From Candidatus Levybacteria bacterium CG2_30_37_29 (GTDB lineage: Bacteria; Patescibacteriota; Microgenomatia; Levybacterales; GWA1-39-11), in NCBI GenBank assembly GCA_001873215.1, contig MNYS01000009.1:67654-131653 (forward strand): 64,000 nt of DNA, given 5' to 3'. Both the position numbers and the translations under genes were made by a program. Numbering within the stretch: position 1 is the first letter of the stretch; each line of letters starts with the position of its first letter. Of the stretch, positions 29,908 to 39,221 are shown one piece after another. The notes under the pieces were generated by a model that saw only the letters and a list, made by a program, of their open reading frames with translations, was not told the DNA's origin and searched no databases.

Positions 29908-31214
29908 TTTACAATCGTCTAAAAATCGTCTATAATACGGCTATCTATGTTCCTTCCGCAATACAAAATAACTGACAAACTTTTAGCCAATATTAAACGC
30001 ATTAACACGTTAGTTTCCGAGCTTAATAATAAAAGGTTTCCTAGTGTTGTACTTTTAGATCTTGAAAGAACAGCCTGCGAAGTGTCTTCGTATGCTTCAA
30101 CCAGTATAGAAGGTAATCCACTACCACTAACCGAAGTCAAAAAGATTTTAAAGACGACGCCAATAAGCATTCGGGATAGTGAAAAAGAGGTGTTAAATTA
30201 CAACAAAGCTTTAGAAGATTTAAACACAAAGCTTAAGAAAGGCAATGTAAAGCTTTCGCTTGAGCTTATTTTACAAATTCAAAAACATGTTACCAGAGGG
30301 CTTCTTCCCTTTTTTGAAGTTGGCAGTTTTAGAGAAAAGCCAGTAGTTGTAAACGACCCCAAAACACGAAAGGTTGTATATTTGCCTCCTGATGTAAAAG
30401 ACGTAAAATCGCTTATGGAAAATCTTATAACGTTTGTCAAAAACAATAAGGAAAATATCGACCCGCTTATACTTGCCGGGGTATTCCATAAACAAATGGT
30501 AATTATTCATCCTTTCATGGATGGAAACGGTAGGACGACAAGGCTTGCTACAAAGGTGTTACTTTTTGAAATGGGGCTTGATACATTTAATCTTTTTAGT
30601 TTTGAAAATTACTACAACAATAATGTTGCTAATTATTTTCAGACAGTTGGGGAATTTGGAAACTATTATGATTTAGTTGATAAAATTGATTTTACTGTTT
30701 TTCTTGAATATTTTACGGATGGCATAATAGATGAACTTTTAAGGGTTAAAAAAATGCTTCCCGAAGTTTTGGCAACTCCGCAAAGCACCTTAAAACCGTA
30801 TCACGAGAAAGCAATGGAGTTTATCCGAGAGAATGGATTTATTACCGACCGTGATTATTCAAAAATTGTTGACAGGGCAAAAGCAACAAGAGCTCTTGAT
30901 TTTCAAAAGTTAATATCTTTAGGTTTAATTGAGAGAAAAGGGAAAGGAAGAGCAACGTATTACATACTAAAAACAAAGTAATCCTCCCCGGAATCGAAGC
31001 GCTGAAAAGATAATCACTTTATTTTTAGTTTTTCAAGCATGATTTCAAGGGTTTCGCGCGCGAAAACTTTTTGAGAACACTTTTAAAATCCATGCGTAAT
31101 TGAGGTGGCACCTCAAATAGATTCGATTTTCTCCAGCTGCATTGATTTGCCGAAGTGACTCTTCTCAGAATCGAAGCGCTGAAAAAATAATCACTTTACT
31201 TTTAGCTTCTCAAG
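29878..31214 (+). mobile_element. Direct-repeat-bounded fic cassette at the pgk/cmk junction (three copies of the pgk 3' end)
   Basis: CTCCCCGGAATCGAAGCGCTGAAAA identical at 29878-29902 and 30984-31008; 47-bp near-repeat 30991-31037 vs 31168-31214 (4 mismatches). Confidence 0.75.
29947..30981 (+). CDS. Fic-family protein with N-terminal inhibitory helix and C-terminal wHTH
   Basis: HPFMDGNGRTTR active-site motif; STSIEGN matches (S/T)xxxE(G/N). Confidence 0.92.
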   Translation: MFLPQYKITDKLLANIKRINTLVSELNNKRFPSVVLLDLERTACEVSSYASTSIEGNPLPLTEVKKILKTTPISIRDSEKEVLNYNKALEDLNTKLKKGNVKLSLELILQIQKHVTRGLLPFFEVGSFREKPVVVNDPKTRKVVYLPPDVKDVKSLMENLITFVKNNKENIDPLILAGVFHKQMVIIHPFMDGNGRTTRLATKVLLFEMGLDTFNLFSFENYYNNNVANYFQTVGEFGNYYDLVDKIDFTVFLEYFTDGIIDELLRVKKMLPEVLATPQSTLKPYHEKAMEFIRENGFITDRDYSKIVDRAKATRALDFQKLISLGLIERKGKGRATYYILKTK

Positions 31215-31775
31215 GGCGATTTGGAGAGAGTCTTCTTTGTTGTGGTCAAAGGAGTTAATTACCAAATCGTAGTATTTTTTATCAAAATAAACCCAATTAG
31301 GATCGTTACTTGCATAAAGCTTTCTCCATTTTTCCAAATCATTTTTTTCCCGTGTCAGAACCTCTTCTTTTGCATCTGCAACGCTTAACCCCTCACGGTT
31401 TATAAGTCTGTCAATTCTTATATCGACATGATCTTCTCCGTTCTCTTCACATACAACAAGAATTTTAAAAATATTATCAATTCCTTGTGCGTTGAATCCC
31501 GCAAGTTTTGTTTCAAGCACGATTTGTTTGTCTTCTCTAAGCATCTTTTCAAGTTGCTTATCAAACAAAACATCTTCCTCATCCGGTCTTAGATTTGTAT
31601 CTTTTGGGTCAAGTCCAAGTTTTCCCCGAACCGCTTCCCAAAAAATTTCCCCGCCCTCTACGTGTTTCCAATTAAGTTTTTGGGCAAGTAATTTTGCCAG
31701 AGTTGTTGAGCCGGATGCAATGCGACCGGAAATGGTAATAATACGAATATTATCAATCTTTTGAGGAATATCCAT
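31191..31775 (-). CDS. cmk: Cytidylate kinase (archaeal-type/AAA_17)
   Basis: ITISGRIASGSTTLAKLLA P-loop; YYDLVIN. Confidence 0.82.
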   Translation of the reverse strand: MDIPQKIDNIRIITISGRIASGSTTLAKLLAQKLNWKHVEGGEIFWEAVRGKLGLDPKDTNLRPDEEDVLFDKQLEKMLREDKQIVLETKLAGFNAQGIDNIFKILVVCEENGEDHVDIRIDRLINREGLSVADAKEEVLTREKNDLEKWRKLYASNDPNWVYFDKKYYDLVINSFDHNKEDSLQIALEKLKVK

Positions 31776-32854
31776 TACGCGGCAGGACTTAGCTGTTTTC
31801 CAAGAACTATTGTTTCTTCAACGAGTCTGTTTGCATATCCAAATTCATTGTCATACCAAGCAATTACTTTTACCATATCTCCTCCTACAACCTGCGTAAG
31901 AGAAAGGTCAGCAATTGATGAGTGAGGATTTCCGATAACATCTGAACTGACAAGCGGCTCTGTTGTTGTTTCAAGAATTCCTTTTAAATATGTTTGGGAA
32001 GCATCCGTAAGCGCTTTATTCACTTCGTCAACAGTTGTTTGCCGTTTTACAAGAAAAGTAAAATCTGAAAGAGACCCTACGGGAACAGGAACGCGAATTG
32101 CAAGACCGTTAAAAATACCTTTAAGAGATGGAATCGCTTGTGCCGCGGCTTTTGTTGCACCCGTTGATGTTGGGATAATATTCAAGCTTGCGGCGCGGGC
32201 TCTCCTATAATCTTTGTGTCCTCCGTCTTGAAGTCTTTGGTCTGATGTAAACCCGTGAATTGTTGTCATCATAGCTTTTGTTATGCCAAAAGTTTTTTCC
32301 ATGACGTGGGCAACCGGTGCAATACAATTTGTTGTACACGATGCGTTACTGATAATATTCGGAAGTCCTGTTTGATCATTTGTTAAATTTACCCCAAGAA
32401 CAAAAGTTCCCGATGCCGCCTCGTCCTTAAAAGGTGCAGACAAAACAACGGATTTTGCACCGGTTGTAATATGCGGCTGCATTTTTTCTTGGGTTGTAAA
32501 TGCGCCTGTTGATTCAATAACAACATCAACTGCTAAATCGCGCCATGGTAAATTCAGTGGGTCGCGGTCTGAAAAAATAGGAATATCTTTTTGGTCAACG
32601 GAGAGCATTCCTAAAAACTGGGCTTTTGTTTGAAAAGAAAGAGGAGAACTTTCAGGAGCTTTTATTGCTACTGTATGATTTTCCAGCGCGCCATAGACAG
32701 TGTCGTATTTTAAAAGATACATCCATCCTGCAAGGTCAGTGCTTAATCCCGCGTTAATCGCAACAACATCTACTTCGTTTGCAAATTTTTCAAGTATTAC
32801 GCGGTGCGCTACTCTTCCGATCCTGCCATATCCATTTATCGCAACTTTGATCAT
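31775..32854 (-). CDS. gap: Glyceraldehyde-3-phosphate dehydrogenase type I
   Basis: INGYGRIGR, SNASCTTNC, PTSTGA, WYDNEFGY. Confidence 0.97.
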   Translation of the reverse strand: MIKVAINGYGRIGRVAHRVILEKFANEVDVVAINAGLSTDLAGWMYLLKYDTVYGALENHTVAIKAPESSPLSFQTKAQFLGMLSVDQKDIPIFSDRDPLNLPWRDLAVDVVIESTGAFTTQEKMQPHITTGAKSVVLSAPFKDEAASGTFVLGVNLTNDQTGLPNIISNASCTTNCIAPVAHVMEKTFGITKAMMTTIHGFTSDQRLQDGGHKDYRRARAASLNIIPTSTGATKAAAQAIPSLKGIFNGLAIRVPVPVGSLSDFTFLVKRQTTVDEVNKALTDASQTYLKGILETTTEPLVSSDVIGNPHSSIADLSLTQVVGGDMVKVIAWYDNEFGYANRLVEETIVLGKQLSPAA

Positions 32855-32981
32855 TAAGTATTAGGATACGTAAATTTTTGTAAAAATTCAAGAGGATAGA
32901 AATTTTGAGTTTGTCATTTGAATGTTTAATCCACAACCTTGAAGGTTGTCAAGATATCGCCAGTTTGGTACAATACTACCT

Positions 32982-33113
32982 ATGCCGGAAATATTAACCA
33001 AACATAAAAAATTAAAAGGAAAGAGAAAACACGGGTTTTTAGGCAGAAATAAAACCCATTCAGGAAGAAAAGTTATTGCAAGGCGCAGGCTTAAAGGCCG
33101 AGCGAAAATTTAG
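32982..33113 (+). CDS. rpmH: 50S ribosomal protein bL34 (not in the ORF track)
   Basis: MPEILTKHKKLKGKRKHGFLGRNKTHSGRKVIARRRLKGRAKI; directly before rnpA. Confidence 0.92.
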   Translation: MPEILTKHKKLKGKRKHGFLGRNKTHSGRKVIARRRLKGRAKI

Positions 33114-33425
33114 ATGTTTGAGAAAAAGGCAAGATACTCTTTTAAAAAAGGGTTGCCGAAGAATATAATTGGAAGCCCTTTTTTTGTTTTGCGCTATCAA
33201 GAAAACGGTCTTGCGCATTTTAGGTATGCGGTTGTCGTAAGCAAAAAAGTAGATGCGCGTGCGGTTGGACGAAATAGATTAAGAAGAAGAGTTACGGCTC
33301 TTCTTGAAAAAGAAAATCCTAAAAACCCACCACGGGATTTGGTTTTTTTCTTGAAAAAAGCAATAATTGAACTTAACAATAACCAGATAAAAACAGAAAT
33401 ACAAAAAATATTCTTAAAAATATAA
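33114..33425 (+). CDS. rnpA: RNase P protein component
   Basis: VVVSKKVDARAVGRNRLRR (RNR motif). Confidence 0.9.
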   Translation: MFEKKARYSFKKGLPKNIIGSPFFVLRYQENGLAHFRYAVVVSKKVDARAVGRNRLRRRVTALLEKENPKNPPRDLVFFLKKAIIELNNNQIKTEIQKIFLKI

Positions 33426-33427
33426 AT

Positions 33428-34237
33428 ATGGGAGAAATTTTTTCTTTATTGTTCACAAATCCGATAACCAATGTTTTGGTAGCCTTTTATAAATTGTTAA
33501 GCCTTATTGGTGTACCATATGCGCTTGGATTTTCAATAATTCTTTTAACCACTGTCATAAAATTGGTCCTTTGGCCTCTTGTTTCCCTACAAATTAAATC
33601 TGCTGCAAAAATGCAAAAAATGACTCCTCACATGAATGAAATAAAAGAAAAACACAAGGATGATAAGAAAAAACAACAGGAAGCTATAATGATGCTATAC
33701 AAAGAGCATGGCGTAAATCCTGCTGCAGGATGTCTGCCTCTTATTATTCAAATTCCTGTTATTTGGTCTTTATACGGAGTTCTGACAACTGTTGTTGCGG
33801 TAACTTCAATTTCCGCAATTAATAAAATAAATGCAGTGCTTTATTTTCCGTTTTTGCGTTTAACAAGCGTTTGGGATCCGACTTTTCTTGGTTTTTCTCT
33901 TGCTGCTTCACCTGCAACACTTTTATCAGTTGCGCCTATTGCATTATCTGTTCCTCTTATAACAGGGGTTCTTCAGTTTATCCTTTCAAAAATGATGCTT
34001 CCTGAAGAAATGCCAAAAACACAGAAAGACGATTTTCAATCAGCATTCCAAAAACAATCTCTTTTTATCTTCCCCATAATGATTGGATTTTTCTCTTATT
34101 CGCTGCCTATCGGTCTCTCGCTATACTGGAATACTTTTACGGTATTTGGTATACTCCAGCAATATTTGCTTATAGGTCCGGGAGGAACGAAAAATTGGAT
34201 TACAAAAGCAAAAACAATATATGGACGAAATAAATAA
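33428..34237 (+). CDS. yidC: Membrane protein insertase YidC
   Basis: LYKEHGVNPAAGCLPLIIQIP, GLSLYW. Confidence 0.93.
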   Translation: MGEIFSLLFTNPITNVLVAFYKLLSLIGVPYALGFSIILLTTVIKLVLWPLVSLQIKSAAKMQKMTPHMNEIKEKHKDDKKKQQEAIMMLYKEHGVNPAAGCLPLIIQIPVIWSLYGVLTTVVAVTSISAINKINAVLYFPFLRLTSVWDPTFLGFSLAASPATLLSVAPIALSVPLITGVLQFILSKMMLPEEMPKTQKDDFQSAFQKQSLFIFPIMIGFFSYSLPIGLSLYWNTFTVFGILQQYLLIGPGGTKNWITKAKTIYGRNK

Positions 34238-34670
34238 AACAATACAAAAAGAAGCAGAGATTCTTTTGGAAAAAGCCGGAATTGAAGGAACAGTTAGAGT
34301 TGAGTCTGCAGAAGAAGGTTTTCAGCTTTTTGTTGATAGCCAGGAAAACGCTCTTCTTATAGGAAAACACGGAAATACTCTTTCTTCATTTGAATACGTT
34401 TTGGCGATGATAGTTACAAAAAAAACAGGTGAATACAAACGTCTTACTATTGAAGTTGGTGGATATAGAAAAGAAAGAGAAGAATACTTGCAGGATTTAG
34501 CAGGAAGGCTAAGAGATGAAGTGCTTGATACTGGAATTGAAAAAACAATAAGAGGTCTTAAGCCGTGGGAGCGAAGACTGGTTCATATGTATCTTTCGGA
34601 AGAACCTGAAATTACAACAGAGTCAACAGGTGAAGACCGCGATAGGGTTTTGGTAATTAAAAAGAAGTGA
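34221..34670 (+). CDS. jag: Jag/KhpB RNA-binding protein (KH + R3H)
   Basis: LIGKHGNTL, ERRLVH, ESTGEDRDR. Confidence 0.88.
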   Translation: MDEINKTIQKEAEILLEKAGIEGTVRVESAEEGFQLFVDSQENALLIGKHGNTLSSFEYVLAMIVTKKTGEYKRLTIEVGGYRKEREEYLQDLAGRLRDEVLDTGIEKTIRGLKPWERRLVHMYLSEEPEITTESTGEDRDRVLVIKKK

Positions 34671-35986
34671 CCAAGAGACTTGAGAAGTTTTTATTCATTC
34701 TGCTTCTTATTTTTGTTCCGGTGCAGACCGGCAAACATTTCTGGCCCTATTTTTCATATATTTCCGGAATAAGAGTTGACTACCTTTCTCCCACTTTTTA
34801 TATAATAGACGGAATTGTTTTATTGCTTTTTTTAACCTTTATTTTCGGTCGTAAGTTTAAAGCAAAGAAAAATACTAATAGCGTCTTCCATTCTCTTAAA
34901 TTATTGCTTTCTCTTGTTTTTATTCTTGTTATTGTTTTGCAGATTTTTATTGCAAGACAAGTTTCAGCTCACGTCCTTTTTGCTCTTCGTATCTGCGAGT
35001 TTTTATTTTTAGGGTATTTTGCTTCAGTTTTTTTAACTCGAAAAAAGCTATCTTTATTGATTTACAGTCTTTCTTTTGGCGGAATTTTTTCGTCTCTTCT
35101 TGCCGTATGGCAATTTTTGAATCAGTCGTCAATTGGTGGAATATTTTATTTTTTTGGAGAAAGAACATTTTCGCAAACAACAATTGGAATAGCAAAAATT
35201 AATATTGGAACAGCGCAATTTTTGCGTCCTTATGCTACTTTTCCTCATCCCAATGTTCTTGCGCTTTTTTTACTCGTTGTGGCAATACTTATTTTGGTAA
35301 GGATTGAATTTGAAAAAAATGTTTTAAGAAAAACTTTTCTTATTGTTTCGGCAATTGCTTCTTCAGCAGGACTTTTTCTGACATTTAGCAGAAGTATAAT
35401 TATTTGCTTTCTTATAATTATTTGTGTGCTATTTTTTCAAAGATTTCATGGAAAAATACAACGCATGCTTTTTGCGTTAGCAATATTACCGGTTACTGTT
35501 CTCTACTTTTTTCTTTCTTTTCCCAGATTTTCAATAACACCATTTTTATTAAAAGATTTGAGTTTACGAAATGACCTTTTAAATATTGGTGTAAATATTT
35601 TTTCCAAGTACCCGGTTTTTGGAGTAGGCCTAAATAACTTTTTTTACTACGAGAACGCGTACCAAAAAATCATTTCTCCGGTTTTTCTTCAACCGATACA
35701 CAATATATATTTTTTGGCTCTTGTGCAGCTTGGCGTTGTAGGATTTATTCCTATTCTAGCCTTTCTTTTTTTCTCGGTTAAAATACTTTTCAAAAAAACT
35801 TTCAGGCAAAAAAACCGCGAAATACGTCAATTTTATTTAGGAGTTTTTTTGCTTTTAATCGCAAGTCTTGTAATCGGATTTTCTGATCATTTTCTTATTA
35901 CTCTTGAACAAGGCATGCTTCTTTTTGCGCTTCTTTTCGGCCTTGTATGGAGCAATATTGGTGGTACATCAAAAGAAAGTAATTAA
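34667..35986 (+). CDS. O-antigen ligase/polymerase-family membrane protein
   Basis: RPYATFPHPN, TFSRS, GVGLNNF, PIHNIY. Confidence 0.85.
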   Translation: MTKRLEKFLFILLLIFVPVQTGKHFWPYFSYISGIRVDYLSPTFYIIDGIVLLLFLTFIFGRKFKAKKNTNSVFHSLKLLLSLVFILVIVLQIFIARQVSAHVLFALRICEFLFLGYFASVFLTRKKLSLLIYSLSFGGIFSSLLAVWQFLNQSSIGGIFYFFGERTFSQTTIGIAKINIGTAQFLRPYATFPHPNVLALFLLVVAILILVRIEFEKNVLRKTFLIVSAIASSAGLFLTFSRSIIICFLIIICVLFFQRFHGKIQRMLFALAILPVTVLYFFLSFPRFSITPFLLKDLSLRNDLLNIGVNIFSKYPVFGVGLNNFFYYENAYQKIISPVFLQPIHNIYFLALVQLGVVGFIPILAFLFFSVKILFKKTFRQKNREIRQFYLGVFLLLIASLVIGFSDHFLITLEQGMLLFALLFGLVWSNIGGTSKESN

Positions 35987-35988
35987 TT

Positions 35989-38157
35989 TTAAGGTTTTGG
36001 GGTTGGGCTTGGATGCGGACAAGTAAAACAATACCTGTCTCCTGTCGGGTCTGTCACGATAACCTCACTTCTCTCTTCAAGATTGTCAGTTTTTCCTTTT
36101 GCAGGAAGATCATTTGTAGCTTTGTCTATGAAGACCTTTTGTCTTCCCGGGTCGATTTGTTTTGGCTCAGTACCTTTAATAAAATATTCATATCGGGTTG
36201 GGCAACGGTCTGCAGTTCCGTCAGGAGGAGGAAGAAGTCCTGAAGTCGCACATACAATTTTTCCTATCACGCTGTCAGGTTTTAAGGTTGATTCTGCAGG
36301 CGTTCCAATAATAAGGTGACTCATAATATCGTTCCAAATTGGTGCTGCTCCTGTAATTCCCGAAACAATCCCGCTCATTTGTGAGTTGTCATTATTTCCC
36401 ACCCAAACCGCAACAACGTAAGAGTGTGTATATCCTATTGTCCAATTATCACGAAAATCATTTGTCGTTCCTGTTTTGACAGATACTGGATAGTTTTTAA
36501 TTCTAAGAGGAGAATTTGTTCCAAATTCAAGGCTTCTTGCGTTGTTGTCAGAAAGAATATTGGAAATAATATAAGAAACTCCGTCAGGCAATACTTTTTT
36601 CCCAAAAATTGGACTTTCCGGAGGTTTGTATTCTGAAATAACTACTCCTTTGCTGTCTGTAACTTTAAGAATAGCAGTAAGAGGAATTCTATACCCGTTA
36701 TTTGCAAAGACACCGAAAGCCTCGGCCATTCCAAGCATTGTTACTTCTCCCCCTCCTAAAGTCAAAGAAAGACCATATCTGTCCGGAGTATCAAAGGTGT
36801 CAATTCCCATAGCAGAAGCCGTTGCAATCATATCCTCAACAGTATTGACCTTTAACATTTTTACTGCAGGGATGTTAAAAGAGTTTCCGAGTGAGTCTCT
36901 CATTTGCGGCGCCCCATGGAATTTTCCATCATAATTTACGGGACAATAGGCAGCCTGGTCGGCATTTGGAAAACAAGTCGGCTGGTCAACAAATGGAGTT
37001 GCCGCGGTGTATCCTTTAATAAGACCGACAGCATAATTAATCGGTTTTATTGAAGACCCCGGTTGTCTTTTTGCCAAAGTTACATTTACATTTCCGTCGT
37101 TCTCTTGGTCAAAATAGTCATGACTTCCAACCATAGCCAATATTTCTCCGGTTTTTGGGTTTGTGACTAGGGTTGCTCCGTTTGAAACATTTGATTCTTT
37201 TAAGTTATCAACCTCTGCCGAAACGCTTGCCTGCGCATAATTTTGTATATCAAGGTCAAGAGTAGTTGTTACGTTCAGTCCTCCTTGGTCTACCATTCTT
37301 TGACCATATTTTTTAACAAGCAAATCTTTTACGTAAAAGACAAAATGTGGTGCCAGAATTTTATTTTGGAATTTTGAGAATGTCAGTTGTTCTGCCAAAG
37401 CTTTTTCTTCTTGGCTTTTTGTAATATACTTTTGTTCACGCATTCTATGAAGAACTTCTATCTGACGTTTTTTTCCGAGTTCCGGATGGGAGCCAAAAGG
37501 AGAATAGATGCTCGGCGCCTCAGGAAGACCCGCTAGAAACGCGCTTTGCGCAAGACTTATTTTATCAACCGGTTTATCAAAATATGCGTAGCTTGCGGCC
37601 TGAACTCCCCACGTGGTTCCTCCGTATGAGACTTGATTAAGATACATTTCAAGTATTCCATTTTTTGAATGTGTTGCTTCAACAACAAAAGAGAGAATTA
37701 TTTCTTTTACCTTTCTTGTAATTGTCCTCTCAGGCGTCAAAAGAGAATTTTTTACTAACTGTTGCGTAATTGTCGAGCCACCTTGTACTTGACGTTTTAT
37801 TACTGTTGAAAAAATAGCCCGGGTAATTCCTCGGATGTCTATTGCTCCATGCTTGTAAAAATCTTTATCCTCAATTGCAATTGTTGCGTTTTTTAAATCT
37901 GTTCCTATTTTATTTATTGGTACAAAAGTTTGGTTTTTTGACGTGAAGACTGTGTATAGAAGTTTGCCTGTTCTGTCATAAATTTTTGTTGATTGAGGAT
38001 AAGAAGTTCGTCCAATCGTTGCGGTTGACGGTACGTCTTTTAATACAAAAAAATATGCCGGTATTAAAAAAAGAAAAATAAAAGAAAGAGTAAAAATGAC
38101 ACTCTTTTTTTTCAAAATGCCAAAAGATTTAAAAATAATAAATGTGGGATTAGGCAT
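35989..38157 (-). CDS. Class A penicillin-binding protein
   Basis: EDKDFYKH, GGSTITQQL, SSIK, SFN, KTGT. Confidence 0.94.
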   Translation of the reverse strand: MPNPTFIIFKSFGILKKKSVIFTLSFIFLFLIPAYFFVLKDVPSTATIGRTSYPQSTKIYDRTGKLLYTVFTSKNQTFVPINKIGTDLKNATIAIEDKDFYKHGAIDIRGITRAIFSTVIKRQVQGGSTITQQLVKNSLLTPERTITRKVKEIILSFVVEATHSKNGILEMYLNQVSYGGTTWGVQAASYAYFDKPVDKISLAQSAFLAGLPEAPSIYSPFGSHPELGKKRQIEVLHRMREQKYITKSQEEKALAEQLTFSKFQNKILAPHFVFYVKDLLVKKYGQRMVDQGGLNVTTTLDLDIQNYAQASVSAEVDNLKESNVSNGATLVTNPKTGEILAMVGSHDYFDQENDGNVNVTLAKRQPGSSIKPINYAVGLIKGYTAATPFVDQPTCFPNADQAAYCPVNYDGKFHGAPQMRDSLGNSFNIPAVKMLKVNTVEDMIATASAMGIDTFDTPDRYGLSLTLGGGEVTMLGMAEAFGVFANNGYRIPLTAILKVTDSKGVVISEYKPPESPIFGKKVLPDGVSYIISNILSDNNARSLEFGTNSPLRIKNYPVSVKTGTTNDFRDNWTIGYTHSYVVAVWVGNNDNSQMSGIVSGITGAAPIWNDIMSHLIIGTPAESTLKPDSVIGKIVCATSGLLPPPDGTADRCPTRYEYFIKGTEPKQIDPGRQKVFIDKATNDLPAKGKTDNLEERSEVIVTDPTGDRYCFTCPHPSPTPKP

Positions 38158-38171
38158 AAATCTTAGAAGTA

Positions 38172-39221
38172 ATGCTTACATCGGAAGCAAAAATATTATA
38201 TCATATTGATATTATAATTTCTGAATATTTATCATTTCTAGCAAACATATTAAGTGCAATACCTTTGAGGATTGTTGATTATGTAGTGATTTTTACAGGA
38301 ATATTCTTTATTTTTGAAGAAGCTTCTCTTGGTTTTGTTTCATCTTTTTCTCAGCTTATTGCAACAATAGGAGCATTTTTTATTAGCCTTTTTGCTTATT
38401 CTTTTGTGTCCGGGATATTAATATCTAAATTATCTTTACCAAAGGGTTTTTCTGATGCTATAGCTTTCCTTTCCCTTGCTGTATTAATCTATGTGATTAT
38501 TACGACTTTAGCATTTGTTATCAACAAAAAAATCGGCAAAATACATCTCTTACCAAAAGTAAATATTATTGGTGGAATAATTTGTGGAAGCCTTTCTTAC
38601 TTTTTTATATCCGCATGCATTATTGCTATTCTTTTATCTTTCCCCGTAAGTCAAGTTGTAAAAGATTCTATCAGCAATTCATTAATCGGAGGATTTCTTG
38701 TTTCTCGTACGCAAACAATTGAAAGAAGTATAAAAGTTGTTTTTGGTGGCGCAATTGATGAGACAATTAACTTTTTAACAATAAAGCCCGGTTCAAGTGA
38801 TACGGTCAGCCTTAACTTTAAAACAAAAAATTTTAAAATAGACGTTTTTTCAGAAAACAAAATGCTTGAGATGTTAAATGAATTTAGAACAAAAAATGGC
38901 CTTGAATCGTTGAGTAAAGACGATACACTTACTAATGCGGCAACAGTTCATGCAAAAGACATGTTGATAAATGGGTATTTTTCTCACTACTCTCTTGAGG
39001 GATATTCACCTTTTGATAGGCTTGAAGCGCTTCGCATACAGTATTCTTCGGCAGGAGAAAATTTAGCATTTGCGCCGGACGTACAAATTGCAATGGATGG
39101 GCTTGAAAAAAGTCCGGGGCACCGCGAAAATATGCTTTCTTCCAAGTTTAAAAAAATAGGCATAGCAGTTTTGGATGCCGGGATGTTCGGAAAGATATTT
39201 GTCCAAGAATTTACCGATTAG
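38172..39221 (+). CDS. CvpA-like membrane domain fused to a CAP (SCP) domain
   Basis: Four TM helices, then HAKDM..YFSH, GENLA, SPGHRENML. Confidence 0.82.
   Translation: MLTSEAKILYHIDIIISEYLSFLANILSAIPLRIVDYVVIFTGIFFIFEEASLGFVSSFSQLIATIGAFFISLFAYSFVSGILISKLSLPKGFSDAIAFLSLAVLIYVIITTLAFVINKKIGKIHLLPKVNIIGGIICGSLSYFFISACIIAILLSFPVSQVVKDSISNSLIGGFLVSRTQTIERSIKVVFGGAIDETINFLTIKPGSSDTVSLNFKTKNFKIDVFSENKMLEMLNEFRTKNGLESLSKDDTLTNAATVHAKDMLINGYFSHYSLEGYSPFDRLEALRIQYSSAGENLAFAPDVQIAMDGLEKSPGHRENMLSSKFKKIGIAVLDAGMFGKIFVQEFTD

Noticed and set aside
29878-31214. Triple repeat as a CRISPR array or dif/attC site
   Set aside because: Spacings of about 1.1 kb and 177 bp, the repeat is coding sequence, it is not palindromic, has no XerC/D arm consensus, and no cas genes are present
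26363-38157. Similar stretches in the two PBP genes as an inverted repeat or inversion boundary
   Set aside because: Similarity is limited to conserved protein motifs of old paralogs
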